Virus record (IMG/VR): IMGVR_UViG_3300021387_000133
Span: 1-41,909 of that record
Direction: 5' to 3' (one strand)
From: a virus
DNA: 41,909 bases
Part shown: piece by piece, positions 16,761 through 25,679 of the stretch
Position numbering within the stretch: the first letter of the stretch is position 1
Layout of the letters: every line of letters begins with the position of its first letter
Program-made: the position numbers and the translations under genes
The notes under the pieces: generated by a model
What the model was told of the DNA's origin: nothing
Seen by the model: only the letters and a program-made list of their open reading frames with translations
Database searches by the model: none

Positions 16761-17783
16761 TCAGCCGTTGGACTTAATAACACCCATCCTGACGTTCTTA
16801 TGGTTGAACTTCAGGCTGTAGTTGGCAGTTGTACCGAGTTCTGCAAAAGTCGGGCTTTCCTTTGCGATCTGATCAACCGCAAGAGACAGGCCGTTCGGAT
16901 GAAGAACCTTGCCCTGCTTGGTATAGAACTTGTCAACACCGGCAGACGTTTCCGGGTCATAGTCGGTGGTGTACTGATTGTCATAGTTCGTCTTGTCAGC
17001 AGACAGGAACGCACCATCACCAAACAGATACGTGCTGTACACCGGCAGCGTACCGGAAGTGTCAACGGTGTAGTAGTCAGTGACCTTCACCAGTTTGCCA
17101 CCGATACGTGGCAGGGTGATTTCCTGCTTGATCACACCGCCAACGGTGTACTTGTCGTATTCAACAAGTTCAAGTTTCTTGTACGCTGCAAAGATAGCAC
17201 TGTGCATGATCAGCAGACCAAGACCGCCTGCCATATCACCAAGTGCAGCCTGTTCAGCGTCAATCAGCGTGGTTGCACCGATCTTGTTTGCAGCTGCTGC
17301 CGTGCTGCCAGATGCAGACAGGTCTGTAACATGATCAGACAGGGCAGACACACCAAGCACTGCCTTTGCAATGTTCATCAGTTCCTTTTCCCACACCTGC
17401 GTGTAGTAGTTCTGAATTTTGGCCTTGACGTTGCCAAGCGGATCAGCACCGGTCAGTTCATGGGTGAAATCCTTTGCCTTGAATGCTTTCATTCTCTGAA
17501 TGAGCATACAGGTCTGCTTTCCACCGGAAACCTCAACCGGCACGTTGTTGGTCATACCGTCATTGTTCAGCGCATCCATGCCCGTGTCAAACACGTTCAG
17601 GGGCTTATAAAACGGAATGGTTGCAACGTTACCCTTTGCACCGATAGCATCCATGATGGAATCATCCTGACGCACGATCCCGGACGCAAGGATTTCATTA
17701 CTCCAGAAATCACTTTCCTGCATCATGCCGGTGAAAACTTCTTCATCAAATTCAAAACCGCCAAAATTACCAGTTCTTGCCAT
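16761..17783 (-). CDS. Major capsid protein (HK97-fold)
   Basis: 340 aa following the scaffolding protein, preceded by a strong RBS. Confidence 0.82.
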   Translation of the reverse strand: MARTGNFGGFEFDEEVFTGMMQESDFWSNEILASGIVRQDDSIMDAIGAKGNVATIPFYKPLNVFDTGMDALNNDGMTNNVPVEVSGGKQTCMLIQRMKAFKAKDFTHELTGADPLGNVKAKIQNYYTQVWEKELMNIAKAVLGVSALSDHVTDLSASGSTAAAANKIGATTLIDAEQAALGDMAGGLGLLIMHSAIFAAYKKLELVEYDKYTVGGVIKQEITLPRIGGKLVKVTDYYTVDTSGTLPVYSTYLFGDGAFLSADKTNYDNQYTTDYDPETSAGVDKFYTKQGKVLHPNGLSLAVDQIAKESPTFAELGTTANYSLKFNHKNVRMGVIKSNG

Positions 17784-17815
17784 TTGTACATCTTCCTTTC
17801 ATGTATTTGTTTAAC

Positions 17816-18496
17816 TTAATGTGACAACTGATTGAACAGTTCAGGATTTTCATTCTTCAGCTTCAGACGTTCGCTGTATCCCATCTTATAGAACTGTTCC
17901 TTGGTGACCGTCTGCTGACCACCTGCCCCACCCGGCAGATTGTTTTCAAGAACCTTCTTACCACCTGCACCGTTTCCACCATTACCGGCAGCGGTGAACT
18001 GTGCCGGGTGCTGTGTCTTCAGCCCTGCAATCAGATCATCAATACCCTTGATCTTGTCATCTTCACCAAGTTCAAGGGTCTTGTTATCCGCTTTCAGCTT
18101 TTCCTGTGTCTTAAAAACAAGGTAATCAACGTCTTCCGCACCGGCCTGTGCAAGCGCAAACTTCAGTGCGTTTTCAACCTTCAGTCTCTGATTTTCTGCC
18201 TGTAAATCAGCAATCTGCTGTTCATATTCAGAAATCTTCTGCTGTAAAGCCTGATCTTTACCGGCAGACTTCTTCAGTTCTGCAATCAGGCCGTTTGCCT
18301 TTTCCAGTTCTGCCCTGCTGCCGGTCAGGTCAGTTTCAAGGGTGGTGTATTTGTCCTTGGACACATAACCCCCTTCTGAAAGATTGGCAAGTTTCACCTG
18401 CTTGTCTTTGTTCGCTTCATCACCGTTGTATGCAGTGATCTTTTCAGACACCTGTGCAAACAGGTCATCACCAAGAATGCTTTTCAGAAAATCCAT
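17816..18496 (-). CDS. Scaffolding protein (GP20-like)
   Basis: 226 aa and coiled-coil rich. The N-terminus MDFLKSILGDDLFAQV... is typical of Firmicutes phage scaffold proteins. It lies upstream of the capsid gene. Confidence 0.8.
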   Translation of the reverse strand: MDFLKSILGDDLFAQVSEKITAYNGDEANKDKQVKLANLSEGGYVSKDKYTTLETDLTGSRAELEKANGLIAELKKSAGKDQALQQKISEYEQQIADLQAENQRLKVENALKFALAQAGAEDVDYLVFKTQEKLKADNKTLELGEDDKIKGIDDLIAGLKTQHPAQFTAAGNGGNGAGGKKVLENNLPGGAGGQQTVTKEQFYKMGYSERLKLKNENPELFNQLSH

Positions 18497-18589
18497 CGTG
18501 TTCTTCCTTTCTTTTTGTTCGTGTTTTTATATCCGGTGTCACCGGGGAACAGCAGCATTTATATATCCGCATCTGCAAGCGGTAATGTA

Positions 18590-18618
18590 TCAAAAAAAGC
18601 ACCCTTTGTTGGGTGCTT
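18590..18618 (-). terminator. Rho-independent terminator between the MuF block and the scaffold/capsid genes
   Basis: The minus strand reads AAGCACCC-AACAAA-GGGTGCTT followed by TTTTTTT. Confidence 0.7.
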
Positions 18619-18703
18619 TCCTTGCAGTGTTATTTGCTTGCCCGTCAGACCTCATATATTGGTCATATAGGCGTTTTCTGTGTGTCCGTGGGTATTTCTT
18701 CAC

Positions 18704-18895
18704 CTAATACAGAACATCTTCATCTAAGGTCAGATATCCAAGGTCATACACATCTTTCTTTTTCTTGATGCATTCAGAAATGATCTTCAGTATTTCAGCA
18801 TCAGACCGGCCTGTCATCTGTGACCGGGGAAATGCGTCATCAAACACTTCTTCATACTGTTCCATTGCATCAAATAACTGTTGTCTGTCCATCAT
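18704..18895 (-). CDS. Hypothetical small acidic protein
   Basis: 63 aa. Its ATG overlaps the MuF stop. Confidence 0.5.
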   Translation of the reverse strand: MMDRQQLFDAMEQYEEVFDDAFPRSQMTGRSDAEILKIISECIKKKKDVYDLGYLTLDEDVLY

Positions 18896-20646
18896 TTAAC
18901 CCCCTTCATGATTTTCAGCATTGCCTGATAGCTGTTTGGCAAGTAGTCCTTCACATAATCCAGTTCACGACCACCACAAACTTCTGCACTCATCATATTA
19001 GCCCACATTTCAGATGCAGCTTCATACGTTCGTGCAATACTCTGTGTCTTTGCCTGATTGCTTGCGTCAAATCCAAGGGATTTGTAAACGCTTTGCAGTC
19101 CTTTATGGTCACCAAACTGTTTTGCAGCGTTGTATTTCCGGTTATAATACCGGTCACCATGCCCCCATGCAACCCGTTTTCCCAACAGGCCGTCAACAGC
19201 ATCCTGAACACCTGCTGAAGCGTCATCACCTTTCATTGCTTTCAGAATATCACCTGTCAACCGCTTCTGCAATTCAGCTTTATCCTGACGGACGGCAGCA
19301 AGAAATTCATCACTTGAACTTGCCACTTTTTTGAACTGTTGGGGGTACTGCAATGCACCGTGAATTGCGTCCATCTCTTTGAAGTGCACAGCATCACCAT
19401 AATCACACTTTGCATCAAAGAAATGACCATATTCATGTGCCACCGTGCTGTATTTACTCATACCACCGTCAATGTTTTGCTGTGACGGATATGAATATTC
19501 AATGTCATTCAGTGACGGGCTGTATCTTCCACCACCTGACTTGTACCGCACTGCCTTGACTTCATCCGCATGGTCATACATCCGTTTAACATCCGGGTTT
19601 GAATGATTTTGAAGCAGTTCAGTGTATTCCTGATAATCATCATCTTTCATTGAACCCTTCAGTTTTGATGTATGCTGAAGAAAATCAGGAACGTCAACAG
19701 TGTCAGCATCTTCAGGAAGGTTCAAATACTTTTCCCTGAAATCTTCAAACTGATCTGATTTATCAAGCCCAAAAAAATCAGCACGGTCTTTCAACGTGTC
19801 AAGTTCATCTTCATCCAACCCCCAAACGGCACGTTGCAGCAGGCAGCACCGGCAGTTGCAGTCTTCAGCAGGATCACCAAACCCACCCGGGTACTGTGCG
19901 TGAAGTCCCCCCGGCAGCGTGAATTCTTCATCAACGTCCACAATTACACCGTCAAGCTGTCGGTGTGTGTCCCGTGTCCGATCATCCAAGGTGCTGCACC
20001 ATTGCTTTTTGATCTTTGCACCGGTTTCTTGTGCTGCTTTCTGTGCGTCAAGTGTGGACTGCTGCTGAACCCTGTGACCTTCAGTTCGTGCAATCCTGAT
20101 TGTGTTGTTGATTGCCCTGTCAAACGGGCTGTTCATACCTTTGGCAATGTGCTGTGCTATATCACCCCAACTGCTTCCGTTCGCAACCCCCCGTGATACT
20201 TCAGCCCTGATTGATTTCTTCAGGTAATCAACGTCTTCACCCATACGGGTGTACAGTCCTTTTGAAATCTTGCTGTCAATATCCAGTGCCTTGACAACCT
20301 GTTTCTGATTGATGGGTACTGTGCAGGGTATTCCCTGTTTGTGCAGATCATACATCACACCGGTGTACCCGTTCGTGTAGCATTTCTGAAGATAGTCAGC
20401 AACGGTGGTGAACTGTTCAGACCCCATCTGATCAATGATACCGTCAAGCTGTTTCTTCAATGCCTGCTGATATTGTTTCTGCCAGATGATTGTTTGCAGG
20501 TTTTCAAGATCAGTACGGCCTGACAGGGCTGTAATTCTGTCAGCACAATCTTTTGATGCCTGCTTGTATACGGCCTGCAACAGCTTGATTGTGTGCTGTT
20601 CATCCCTGATGCCTGCTTGCAGCACTTCTTTCTGTGCTTTGTTCAT
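18892..20646 (-). CDS. Minor capsid protein: SPP1 gp7/MuF head-morphogenesis domain fused to a C-terminal HExxH metallopeptidase-like domain
   Basis: 584 aa. The N-terminal ~290 aa carry MuF hallmarks (RIARTEGHR, DDRTRDTHRQLDG, CNCRCC). The C-terminal ~250 aa contain AHEYGHFFD, encoded at about 19423-19438. Confidence 0.8.
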   Translation of the reverse strand: MNKAQKEVLQAGIRDEQHTIKLLQAVYKQASKDCADRITALSGRTDLENLQTIIWQKQYQQALKKQLDGIIDQMGSEQFTTVADYLQKCYTNGYTGVMYDLHKQGIPCTVPINQKQVVKALDIDSKISKGLYTRMGEDVDYLKKSIRAEVSRGVANGSSWGDIAQHIAKGMNSPFDRAINNTIRIARTEGHRVQQQSTLDAQKAAQETGAKIKKQWCSTLDDRTRDTHRQLDGVIVDVDEEFTLPGGLHAQYPGGFGDPAEDCNCRCCLLQRAVWGLDEDELDTLKDRADFFGLDKSDQFEDFREKYLNLPEDADTVDVPDFLQHTSKLKGSMKDDDYQEYTELLQNHSNPDVKRMYDHADEVKAVRYKSGGGRYSPSLNDIEYSYPSQQNIDGGMSKYSTVAHEYGHFFDAKCDYGDAVHFKEMDAIHGALQYPQQFKKVASSSDEFLAAVRQDKAELQKRLTGDILKAMKGDDASAGVQDAVDGLLGKRVAWGHGDRYYNRKYNAAKQFGDHKGLQSVYKSLGFDASNQAKTQSIARTYEAASEMWANMMSAEVCGGRELDYVKDYLPNSYQAMLKIMKGVK

Positions 20647-20909
20647 CAGATGACCAGTGTACCCTTGACAAGTTCTGCATCAGTACCACCCAATTCTAAG
20701 AACTTGCGCTGATACCAATTTGCCTTGTCTAAGTCTTCCTGACCGTTTTTCATATCAGCCCTGAACCGGTACTTGAACACGTTCAGCAGGCAGAACGCTT
20801 TCACCTTTTCAACACCAAAACGGTCAATCATTTCATCAATGCATTCTTTCTTTCCCGGCCTACAATAGTGTGCCGGGTGATTTACGTTGTCATACTTCAC
20901 CGCCTGCAC
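20646..20909 (-). CDS. DUF3310-family protein
   Basis: 87 aa with the pattern NHPAHY ... ECID ... NVFKYRFR ... DLDKANWY characteristic of DUF3310. Confidence 0.7.
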   Translation of the reverse strand: MQAVKYDNVNHPAHYCRPGKKECIDEMIDRFGVEKVKAFCLLNVFKYRFRADMKNGQEDLDKANWYQRKFLELGGTDAELVKGTLVI

Positions 20910-22381
20910 CCCCCTTCAGGATCATCAACCGGGTCTTCTTCAGGGACAATACCGGCAGCGTTCTTTGCAGCGTCATCCACTTCAGCAGCTTCATCAACCG
21001 GCAGCTTGTCACTGATTTCATCATAGTCAATGTCAAGGCATTCACAGATTTTCCTGATGATGGTTTCATCATCAATGGTATTTGCCAGTGACAGCAGCGT
21101 GTTCACAACCGTCTGCTTGGTCTGTGCTTCAGTCAGGTCAATCTGTGCGTTTTCCTGTTCATTGCTCATGACTTCATGGGTGAATTCAAAATAAACAGTG
21201 TCTGCCTGATAATCTGTACCGTTGGACTGATTGATTTCATCAACCACCACTTCACAGATTTTCCGCAAAAACCGTTTGATGTTTACTTCCAACCGCTTAC
21301 AGCGCAAATCCAACAGGGAATATGCTGCCTTGATTGCAATGTTGGTTGTGGCAGCGGTGTCCTTCAGTGCTGACAGGTTCAGCCCCATACCAAACCGGTA
21401 AATGTTCTTTTCATCCAGTTCCAACTTTGCCCTGCGACCTTCAACCGGAACATCAACCGTGAATGTCTCAATACCACCATCAGGTGATACACCAACAATC
21501 TTCTTGGTCTTCAGGTTCTGCTGAAGTTCATCAAGATTATGCCCCTGAAAACCCTTGACCACATAAATAGGATGGTCAAAGTCTTGCAGGTTGTTTGACA
21601 GGCTGCTTGCCATCAGATCATAGTCATCAATCAGGGGCTTGATGGGTTTCAGGTTGCTGAACTGCTTCTTGTTGTTGTCCAGTCTGAAGAACGGAATGAA
21701 ACCAAGGCCATCATAAAACGTCCGGTCATCCCCTTCTTCCTGATACAGAATGTGTGGACGGGGGTTGATCTGCTGTGAAGTGTCAACCATGATTTCACCG
21801 TCTTCATTCTGTTCATAGTAGTAGGTCTGTTGGTCATCCCAATCCTGAATTTTCTTAATCCTGTGACCTTCCTTGTCAACCCGGTCAATGTACCAGTAAA
21901 TCACATGGTCTTTCTGATCATCCGCAAACCGTCCTTCAACTTCAATAACACCGATACTGTCAGCCCTGATGAACTTCAACCGATCATCAGCACCCTTCAG
22001 GGCATACATATATGCAAACCCACGGTTCTGTGTGTCAGTAATCAGTTCAGTCAGTTCAGCAATGAAGTCATCATTGTAGTTGAACCGGTCATCAAGTTCC
22101 TTCTGCAAGTCAGGATCATCTGACAGCACGAACGGTTCACCGCTTGACAAGATGTACTGTGTGCCTTGATCAACCAGTTCCTTGAAAAACGGGTGCGGTA
22201 TCTTCAGGTTTGAACGGGTCTTGTCTTCAACAAGATCACCGTCAGTGTTGTAATAAAAAAGACGGTATCCCTTGATATCATGGTCACCATCATAATAGCG
22301 TTCACCTTCACGGGCAAACCGTTTCTTTGTGCTTGCTGCATCTTCATCAATGAAGGTCTTCAGTTCTTCAAGGGTCAGCAT
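20897..22381 (-). CDS. Portal protein (SPP1 gp6-type)
   Basis: 494 aa located downstream of the terminase. The N-terminal region FAREGERYYDGDHDI... is typical of SPP1-family portals. Confidence 0.85.
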   Translation of the reverse strand: MLTLEELKTFIDEDAASTKKRFAREGERYYDGDHDIKGYRLFYYNTDGDLVEDKTRSNLKIPHPFFKELVDQGTQYILSSGEPFVLSDDPDLQKELDDRFNYNDDFIAELTELITDTQNRGFAYMYALKGADDRLKFIRADSIGVIEVEGRFADDQKDHVIYWYIDRVDKEGHRIKKIQDWDDQQTYYYEQNEDGEIMVDTSQQINPRPHILYQEEGDDRTFYDGLGFIPFFRLDNNKKQFSNLKPIKPLIDDYDLMASSLSNNLQDFDHPIYVVKGFQGHNLDELQQNLKTKKIVGVSPDGGIETFTVDVPVEGRRAKLELDEKNIYRFGMGLNLSALKDTAATTNIAIKAAYSLLDLRCKRLEVNIKRFLRKICEVVVDEINQSNGTDYQADTVYFEFTHEVMSNEQENAQIDLTEAQTKQTVVNTLLSLANTIDDETIIRKICECLDIDYDEISDKLPVDEAAEVDDAAKNAAGIVPEEDPVDDPEGGCRR

Positions 22382-22727
22382 TCACAGCACCCCTTTCTGT
22401 GTATAATCTGCAAATCCGTTCAGCCAGGTGGTACATACCGTCAACATATGTCCCGTTGAAATCTGCAATCTGTTCTTCATCTGCCAGTTCTAACCTGACC
22501 GCATAGGAATATGCAAAAACGTGTGTCAGTTCATGTTCAACCGTTCGCCTGAACTGTACATAATCCAATGAACTGTCAAGGTACACTTCCAAGGTTCTGA
22601 AATCTGTTCTTCCAAAGATCACTTCATCACGATCTTCAGAACACAGTGCTGCATGATTTTGGTCAGTCATGTGAACCGTCCAATTCAGATCATTCAGAAC
22701 AAAAGTCATGTCATTCAATATAACCAC
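22368..22727 (-). CDS. Small HExxH (zincin-like) protein between terminase and portal
   Basis: 119 aa with VEHELTHVF. It overlaps both neighbouring genes, suggesting translational coupling. Confidence 0.55.
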   Translation of the reverse strand: MVILNDMTFVLNDLNWTVHMTDQNHAALCSEDRDEVIFGRTDFRTLEVYLDSSLDYVQFRRTVEHELTHVFAYSYAVRLELADEEQIADFNGTYVDGMYHLAERICRLYTERGAVNADP

Positions 22728-23977
22728 CCCACTTTCTTACGCCATCCTTCAACACCATACCGCAATGCTGCCATTGCATCATCCATGACCGGCACAGGTT
22801 CATCAAGGTATTCCCCGGTGCGTTCATCCTTTTTCCATTTCCACTGTTGAAGTTCCTTGATGGTATTCACACATTGTGGATGTACAAAAATACGCCTTTT
22901 GATGACCTTGCTGTCAGAAACAACGCCCTTCAGCCAATCAATCTGTGCGGTTTGATATTTCTTTTCTGATTGTTCCTTTGTGACAGCCTGTGCACAATAC
23001 CCGGCAGACTGCCACATCTTTATTCTGTCCGGTTCAGCACTATCACACCACATGGTGCGGTTGGTGGGAAATCCCTTGTTCTGAACCAATGGGATGATTT
23101 CTGACGTTTCCCGTTCATGCACATACACTTCATCAAGAATGTATATGTCATCATCCCGTGTACCAAGCAGCAGAACAGCGTTTGCATGATTGAAACCAAA
23201 GTCCTGACCGATAGCAACATCATCATAATCATTTATGTTGGTGCTGATATCTTCAATCTGCCAGTTGTGCAGGATCAGACCGCCGATTTCACCCCATTCA
23301 CCAAGGCCGTATATCTGATACCCTTCAGGATCAACTTCTTTTCTGCGCATCATACGTTCTTTGTATGCTGCATCTATGAACCTGTTCTGAAGGTACGTGC
23401 TGTGATGGGTCAGGACGTTCTTATCAGGCCGGTCAAAAAAGACCTTCTTTATCCAGTGATTTTTATTGACCGGGTTGAACGTCATCCTGATCTGATAGAA
23501 CTGCCCGTCAGGAAGTTCACCACGCAAACGGTCATCAATGATTTCAAAGTCAGACTGTGTGATTTCTGTTGCTTCTTCAATCCACACGTCAGTCAGCTTG
23601 CCCTTCTGAAATGTGATTGACTTCAACTTTTCACGCTGCTTTTCATCATTGACACCCCTGAATATGATCTGATTGCCATTGCAGCAAGTCAGCATCAGGG
23701 GTGACTGTTTGATTGTCCAATATCTTTCTGCATCCTGTCCGAATATGCGGTATATCGCACCGGTCAGTTCTGCATAGGTGCTGTCACGGTTGGTGATATC
23801 GGACTTTCTGACACATAACAGGTTTCTGCCTTTGTCCTTCATCAACCGCAATATGTAATTCTGTGCCGTGTCAACTGATTTCCCTGAACCGGCAGAACCT
23901 TTCATAACAATGTAGCGTTTCCGTGATCTGTCCACGGCTGCAAAGTTCCGGTTGGCAGGTGCTGTGAACTGCTTCAT
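22715..23977 (-). CDS. terL: Terminase large subunit (PBSX/Terminase_3-like)
   Basis: 420 aa with Walker A (KGSAGSGKS). It follows the small subunit gene. Confidence 0.9.
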   Translation of the reverse strand: MKQFTAPANRNFAAVDRSRKRYIVMKGSAGSGKSVDTAQNYILRLMKDKGRNLLCVRKSDITNRDSTYAELTGAIYRIFGQDAERYWTIKQSPLMLTCCNGNQIIFRGVNDEKQREKLKSITFQKGKLTDVWIEEATEITQSDFEIIDDRLRGELPDGQFYQIRMTFNPVNKNHWIKKVFFDRPDKNVLTHHSTYLQNRFIDAAYKERMMRRKEVDPEGYQIYGLGEWGEIGGLILHNWQIEDISTNINDYDDVAIGQDFGFNHANAVLLLGTRDDDIYILDEVYVHERETSEIIPLVQNKGFPTNRTMWCDSAEPDRIKMWQSAGYCAQAVTKEQSEKKYQTAQIDWLKGVVSDSKVIKRRIFVHPQCVNTIKELQQWKWKKDERTGEYLDEPVPVMDDAMAALRYGVEGWRKKVGWLY

Positions 23978-24483
23978 TCATCTGCACCACCTTCAGGTTC
24001 TTCCCCGTAATCAACGCCTATGTTGATATCCATGTCAGCATCAACTTTCAGTTTATCGCTGAACATTCCAAGGTGCTTACCAAGCAGTTCAAGGGCTTTC
24101 ATCTTGGATGACAGTTTTATTTCTCTTTCGATACCTCCACCGTCTTTGGTGGGAAATACTTTGACACGAACACTTTCTATGCAGGCAGTGTCTTCATCAG
24201 TTGCTGTGTCAAGCACCGTTGCATCTTCTGTGTCAACCACGTCCCGGATGTTTACGAATGCGATCTTTGCCAGTTCCTGAACAACCCTGTCCTGATTGAT
24301 GCCTGTTCTTTTTGATCTGTCCGCAATAGCCTTGTTGACAGCATCAGACACGTCAGGTCTGTCCAACAGTTCACTTGCAATAGACTTTGCAGTGTTCGGT
24401 GAATAACCTGCCCTGATTGCTGCCTGTGTTGCGTTCAGATCAATCAGGTATTCTTCAACAAACCGCTTTTGCTTTTTGGTCAT
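23974..24483 (-). CDS. terS: Terminase small subunit
   Basis: 169 aa. The N-terminus MTKKQKRFVEEYLIDLNATQAAIRAGYS is the classic Terminase_2 HTH. Confidence 0.88.
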   Translation of the reverse strand: MTKKQKRFVEEYLIDLNATQAAIRAGYSPNTAKSIASELLDRPDVSDAVNKAIADRSKRTGINQDRVVQELAKIAFVNIRDVVDTEDATVLDTATDEDTACIESVRVKVFPTKDGGGIEREIKLSSKMKALELLGKHLGMFSDKLKVDADMDINIGVDYGEEPEGGADE

Positions 24484-24596
24484 CCTGCAACACCTTCTTT
24501 CTGAAAAAACAAAGGTGTCCGGGGCAGTGTGAAGGAGGTCACCGGCCTATCTCCCCAAATAAACCGGATATGAGCACACACTGTTGTTCCCCGGAC

Positions 24597-24633
24597 GGAA
24601 AAAAGCACCCGTTCTGACAAATAAACGGGTGCT
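24597..24633 (-). terminator. Rho-independent terminator between the late regulator gene and terS
   Basis: 10-bp stem AGCACCCGTT / AACGGGTGCT (24604-24613 / 24624-24633), followed on the minus strand by TTTTTT. Confidence 0.7.
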
Positions 24634-24697
24634 TCACGTCAATTTTTGCAGCTTACATCATACCATGTTCAGCGGTTCAGGTATAGTTCAGAAAAAG

Positions 24698-25132
24698 TCA
24701 GGTTTTGTTCAGAACGTGATGGTATTTTTTTTCAAACGCCTGCAACGCATAACCGTGTAATTCAATGACATACTGCCGGTTATAGTTCATTTCAACGGCA
24801 ATTTTTTCCCATGACATAAACTGAAGATATCTTTTGTGCAGGATCAGTCTGAACCTGCTGTCCTTCAATCCGCTGATTTGTTCGCTGACTTTCAGCTTGA
24901 AATCAATCAGTTCATCTATTTTTCGGGTGATTTCACGTTCTTTTTCATCAATTTTTGAAAACAATGTTTCAAACCGTGCTTCACCGTTTACGCTTGTCTG
25001 TACCCTGTCACCTTCAACTGAAGGACTGCCGATGCAGTACATCATTTCTGTCAACTGTGCTTTGTCAGCAAGCATATTATTGATATCAGCATCAAAGTCC
25101 TTCACCTGCTGAAGATAATCTTTTGCGGTCAA
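24698..25132 (-). CDS. Putative late-gene transcriptional regulator (DUF1492 / sigma-70 region-4-like HTH)
   Basis: 144 aa. The C-terminal segment LILHKRYLQFMSWEKIAVEMNYNRQYVIELHGYALQAF resembles a sigma region-4 HTH. It lies directly upstream of terS, as do the RinA/ArpU-type regulators. Confidence 0.6.
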   Translation of the reverse strand: MTAKDYLQQVKDFDADINNMLADKAQLTEMMYCIGSPSVEGDRVQTSVNGEARFETLFSKIDEKEREITRKIDELIDFKLKVSEQISGLKDSRFRLILHKRYLQFMSWEKIAVEMNYNRQYVIELHGYALQAFEKKYHHVLNKT

Positions 25133-25152
25133 TTCTTCACCTTCTTTCTGCC

Positions 25153-25447
25153 GGTAACACTTATACTACACTTCTGCTACACTTGAATGAACGCAAGTGT
25201 AACCGTGAAAAGCCTTATAAAATCAAGGGTTTCGGGTGACAGGTAACACTTACTACACTTAAATCATAACTCTATTTATATATTCTTTTTTATAGGGGCT
25301 TTTTTACTCTATAATCAAAATAATAAAAGAATTTGATTTTAAGTGTAGTAAGTGTTACCACCCTTCAAAAACCCAGTAAAATCAAGGGTTTCAGCGGTTA
25401 CACTTAAATCAAAATCAAGTGTTACCAAGTGTAACCATCTGTTACCT
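25153..25447. repeat. Iteron/palindrome module A: GGTWACACTT and TACTACACTT iterons around a 22-bp perfect inverted repeat with an AT-rich 74-bp centre
   Basis: The inverted repeat is 25242-25263 / 25338-25359. Iterons lie at 25153, 25164, 25195 (inverted), 25396, 25418 (inverted) and 25428 (inverted). TAAAATCAAGGGTTTC occurs at about 25218 and about 25378. Confidence 0.85.
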
Positions 25448-25457
25448 TCACCACATT

Positions 25458-25679
25458 TCAGACCCCACCGGGCGGTGTATCATCAAGTTCTACCATGATT
25501 GCACCCAAACATTCACCTGCCAGTAACAGCAGTGAAGACACAACAACACCCTTCCACGAAAACGGTACTGTTGGAATGAGCGAACACAGGAACAGAACAA
25601 TGGTCATCAGCAGAAAGTTGAACTCAAACATGAAGATCAGTACAAGGACTTTACCAAACCCACCAAGATTATTAAACAT
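25458..25679 (-). CDS. Small membrane protein
   Basis: 73 aa from the ATG at 25679 (behind GGGGGTGA), with two hydrophobic helices. Confidence 0.5.
   Translation of the reverse strand: MFNNLGGFGKVLVLIFMFEFNFLLMTIVLFLCSLIPTVPFSWKGVVVSSLLLLAGECLGAIMVELDDTPPGGV

Noticed and set aside
16800-17819. 339-aa plus-strand ORF
   Set aside because: It is fully antisense to the major capsid gene. The composition is Cys/Arg-rich and unlike real proteins, and it sits on the wrong strand within a tightly packed minus-strand operon.
25153-25447. Possible CRISPR array, tRNA or IS terminal repeats
   Set aside because: The motifs are 10-mers in both orientations with irregular spacing around a palindrome. No cloverleaf is present and no transposase gene lies nearby. 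Iterons or operators fit better.
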